A DNA stretch of 64,000 nucleotides from Lenisia limosa (Eukaryota > Protista > Breviatea): contig LPNZ01006811.1 in the NCBI GenBank assembly GCA_001655205.1, positions 1-64,000 on the forward strand, given 5' to 3'. Each line of letters opens with the position of its first letter. Position 1 is the stretch's first letter. Below, piece after piece: positions 59,620 to 64,000 of this stretch. Position numbers and translations under genes: made by a program. The notes under the pieces were generated by a model. The model was not told the origin of the DNA. It saw only the letters and a list, made by a program, of their open reading frames with translations, and made no database searches.

Positions 59620-62600
59620 GTACAATAATGTCCCAAGCTCTCTTCCATCCAGTGTATCTGAAGCAAGCTTGTGTTACAAAATATTGGTAACGATTTATGA
59701 GAAAATGCGGTGGTGATTAGGCTTTAACGTAACAAAAAATACTAAAAAGTCAAAAGTTTGCGTTCAACATGACGCATTTCCCACCTCCCATTGTTCTCTC
59801 CCTCAATTAATATGGAATAATATAAATTGAACAATATTTCGACAAACAGCTGTACAGACAAGATTGGGTAAAAACAGAATACAATTGGTTACTGGCCCCC
59901 TTGCTAACCCCCCAAGACCCAGCCCTGTCAAAAACTCAGGAACCCAAAATGCACAGATTTTCATGAATTGGACCTGTTAACATCTTACCCAGTCCAGCCA
60001 CAGTCCCTCAGACACAAATAATTATCATAAAAACCATATACTCCCAAAATCCCAGGAATTAATCAGCCCTAAGCTGACCACCATCAAATTCCCCTGCTTA
60101 GAAACCAAAAAAAAAGTTGCAATGTGCTCTATATCACCAGAGCTATGCGCAACAACAGTTACAAAACAACAACAAAGGAATGGATTGCAAAAGCTGATAC
60201 CCCTAACCTTCAAAACGCTTCTTCCTGACACTGAGTATACCAAAATGACTCGTTAAAAACAACTTGAAGGTCTCTTCCGAGATTTTCAATTGAGTACTTC
60301 TTCATAGAAAATCTTTTTGACAACAACTTCCAACTGATTGATGTTAAAAGAGAATAATTGAAATGAAAACCGTATCAGACTCAGAATAGGCCTTCTTAAA
60401 GGGAGTTAAAAACACCTTGGTCCTTTATGACCACCACCTCTCACTTCAGATTCACAACAATGGTGATGACTTAACAGCCTTCAACTGTCGACACACTCTC
60501 CTAACGCCTTCTCATGAATTGTTGTGCTGCTATCAGAGTCCCTAAAACGGTGAAAACTGTCAACCATTCACGAAATTACTGTTCCAAATCACCAATCATT
60601 GTGAACATAGAAGTGGTTCTCTGTTTGGAGGTCTCAGAAGTTCATTTCAAGGCGTACACGAAAATTGTGAAGTCTTCCTGCCGAATCGCCGCTCCCAAAG
60701 TGACTTTCACTTTCAAAAGAGAACACTACAAAAGTTAATAACAACTCACTCGTTTCCATGGCATTTCATCTTTTCTCTCTTGACATATCCCCCAAAAACT
60801 CACCAAAGCCTTCCCCTTGGAATCTGACAGTGTCAGCTGTATTCGAGCACTTCAAGCAGCAAGATAAGAAAGCAGTTCGGCAGTCTGAAACTCCTTCTTT
60901 CTAAATCAGCGAAATTCCTCAAACACAAAGGAATAGTCTGGAATAGAAACTTTTCAAAGCAGATTCAAAGTGTTTTATTAGGTTATAAGAGAATAATTGT
61001 CGCTTACACCAGGAAACAGAGCTGTTATGATTTGGTGATGGTGTCACGGTGTCTCTTTGCGTCCCAAATCCTCAATAAATATCTACACAAGTCACAAAAT
61101 AGGGATGAAAAAGAACAAACTTACATTTTCATAAAATGACCTGGGGAATCATGTCTGCTGTGATTACCACAAATCTGCCAGTAGTCAACAACAGAGGTAT
61201 CCGCTCTCAATATCCTCATCAAACTCCAAAATGGCGTGTCATGTTACTGGGACTCGGACTTTTGCACATGAAGTCCACGCACAGTGTCATTTTGAGCTAC
61301 TTAGTTCTTGAAATGTAATTTCATTATGAATCAGCCAGGTACTCAAGGTTACAAGTTCAAATTGTCCCGTGTGCATCATGTGGAAGTTCTTTTGTCAACA
61401 CTCTTGACATAAACGCATAAACTCATCAAATGCTCATCAAATGTCATTAACGAAACAGCTATAGACAGTTTTTTTGGATTGGAGATTTTTGGGTGTAAAG
61501 AACAGGAAAACTTACCAAATATAGTAAGTTCAATATTGCTCTTTGCTCTCAGCCATTTTTCTTTCATCACCATTTCCATGTCGTTTAACGAATATTTAAC
61601 AAGCTTGTAACATTGCTATTGTTTTATTTGATGCTTAAGAATTCTCAATTTGATGTAAATAAGTTCGTACTTTGATGCAATTTCCGACACATGTCAAGGC
61701 CCCACTCTTGAACTCTTGAAGATGGAGCGTATACTATATATCATATGCTCTACCACTCCTCCTAGTCACCACATTTGTTCTGGACTTGTTATTCTTTACT
61801 GCTCTCAGCACTTGTAACATTATGGGAATATTGGTCATTTCAAGATTCCAGAAGCAGACGTTTTCGTTTCAACTATGAGTATCTTTTGGCAAGGTGACAA
61901 CAACAGTATTTAGGTGGTGGTATTCCAATCCAGATTATGCTTTACCAGTTTGGTGAAGGTGAGACATTGTTATTAACATTATCGTACCTCCACAACTTTT
62001 GATAGAATTGACTTCTTTAGCTGGGAAATTCTCTTTTGGGAGAGCACTCGAACAAACAAGAACGAGAGGTAAAAATGGGTTGATTTTCCGTCACTTTTGT
62101 TTGTCTTCATTTCAAAATATTAGATCTGAAATAATACATGCATTTGGAATAGTTGAATTGGTGGAAGGAAACATGTGAAGAAAAAAACCGAAAAATAACA
62201 TTATACATCACGCATATCAGATGACAATATCATCCAAAGTGTCAGTAGCCACTAAAGTAGGCCCTGTTCTGAAGCATTTAATACGGTTACAGCCAAACCT
62301 TGACGGGGTTGCTGATACCCTTGTATGTATTGAATCAAGGTCAACCGGAAGAGACGTTTGGTCCTTAGCCTTTTGAAGAGTTCTCTCTAAAGCAAAGTGA
62401 CAATCGCCAAAGGGCAATTTCAGTATGACATCCATCAAACTCACCATTTTTGTCTCTTATTACATTAAGAGGTTTTATCGCATCAGTCCGTCCTATACAT
62501 GTGGCTGGTATAAAGCCTAGTCTGAAGTCGACATCCACCAAAAGCCAACCACGAGGGTGCTATTGAGTTAACCTCCAAAAGGACGTACCTCTCTAAGAAC

Positions 62601-64000
62601 AGTAACAGGTGTACCAACTGAAACGGTAATCTCGGCCTCTGACAGACCATAGTGTGGTGCTAACACCTAGTATTATGTCAAACCAATTACGGAAACGGCC
62701 TACCGAATGACTCTTATAAGGGACTATGCTGCTGAGGGCGAATTCTATAGATGTCAATTTCAGGCAATTGACAAACCGGGGTCAAATTGGTAGAGAGGAG
62801 CTTGACAAGGGGGGGCGTAGTAGGCATCAAGGAAAGCGTCACAGTGGCGGTACTTCATACATGACTAAATTCAAGTCAGTCCCTGTGCTGATTAACTTGT
62901 CCCAAGCATACCGCAGATTTAGCCCTGCTCCGTGTCCTAGAGAATGATCAAGACTGCACACTTGTTATCTTACATAATATGACTTGTAGAAAAAGAAGGC
63001 TGGAACTTCTCAGAAGAGCTGAACAATGAAGATGAATGTGACAGTTGAAAGAAAAACCTCAAAACCAACTGGGTGGATGGGCATCTTCCTCTCGAGCCTG
63101 TTGCAATGAATTTCCCTTTCTTTGGTAGGGATTCTTCCAAATCTGGTTCCGAAGAACAACAGAAAATTCCAGCTGAGAGGGTCGAACTAGTTCTGACAAA
63201 GTCATCGCTATGCTGACTGGATTTGGAATGCTGAGACGATGCAATACTTCCTCTTCGCTTCGATGACTGAACAGTATATGGCTGGAGCCTATGTGGAACT
63301 TCGGACCTTGTAACCGAAGCGTCAGCAGTTGTAGTCTACATAGTAAATTTGCCTCGCACAAACCGACCTCGTCATTTGTTGCACTGTTACTAAACTCTGC
63401 CTGCTTCTTTTCTTTTAAAACAAAATACACAACTACGCAAAGAAACATACTTGTACCCATCTGCAGTGTCAGATTCAAATGATTGCCGTAATAAGCCTAC
63501 AGCAATAACCACAATATCCACATTTGATGATGCGGATGAAGCGGGTTCACTGGCGGCTCCCTTGGTACTCTCAGATGATGATACTGTCGTTTCTAGACTG
63601 TCACTGAACTTTAGTCCTACCACCAGGGTCATTTTCAACGGGAACGTGAGAAGGGAAAGCAGCGTCTTGTGAGAACTTCAACATGGCGCCTGTTGCAACA
63701 TATGATCTACTGATTAGTTCAAACACACTTGCCCACTTGCCACTATCAAGGCTTAATTGCAGTTGCAAAGTTCTATTTGAAGGAACTCCTCCCAGTGGAC
63801 AGTGTATCTGCCGCAATGAACATGCAAAATTGTCCTACCAAAGAGCTTGTAATTGCAGTACCATGAGTGATTAGTGCTGCATCCCCAAGTTCACCATATC
63901 TACAAGATCAATGACTTGTTCACAGTCCAAACCTGCATAGAACATTGCTGCTCGCAGCCTTCAAGTACGACCCGTGAACCTCTATGTAACCCCTGGTTGA
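59620..64000 (-). CDS. Large multi-exon protein with an SH3-like domain and helical C-terminal region, 5'-partial; may be two genes
   Basis: SH3-like VLAPHYGLSEAEITVSVGTPVTVLRE-GWLLVDVDFRLGFIPAT at about 62500-62670; splice signals throughout are on the minus strand. The helical part was not identified. Confidence 0.45.

Overview
This is a gene-dense, very intron-rich stretch of a eukaryotic (protist-like) nuclear genome. Introns are mostly about 40-70 nt GT-AG and split nearly every gene, so the ORF track shows only exon fragments and antisense shadows. All three standard stop codons end genes, so the standard genetic code fits. Genes recognised by manual splicing and recalled family motifs: AAC4-like protein, GltS-family Na+/glutamate symporter, UPF0538/C2orf76-like protein, U2AF65, a large bromodomain protein, KRR1, an RCC1-repeat protein, Aquarius helicase, a MIT-MIT-calpain-7-like protein, GPC1 acyltransferase, glucosidase II alpha, an RRM protein and an SH3 protein, plus several hypothetical genes. 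I found no rRNA, tRNA, CRISPR array or autonomous transposon. The most notable signals are: (1) two tiny intronic inverted-repeat elements, one hAT-like with an 8-bp TSD and one Tc1/mariner-like with TA flanks; (2) an ATATCATAT/ATATGATAT motif recurring in the oversized introns; (3) a bacterial-type GltS gene carrying many spliceosomal introns; (4) a calpain-7 homologue that appears to lack its whole catalytic triad; (5) a GC-rich structured block in the AQR/calpain divergent gap. Gene boundaries are hand-derived and approximate, and several genes contain N gaps. No database searches were run.
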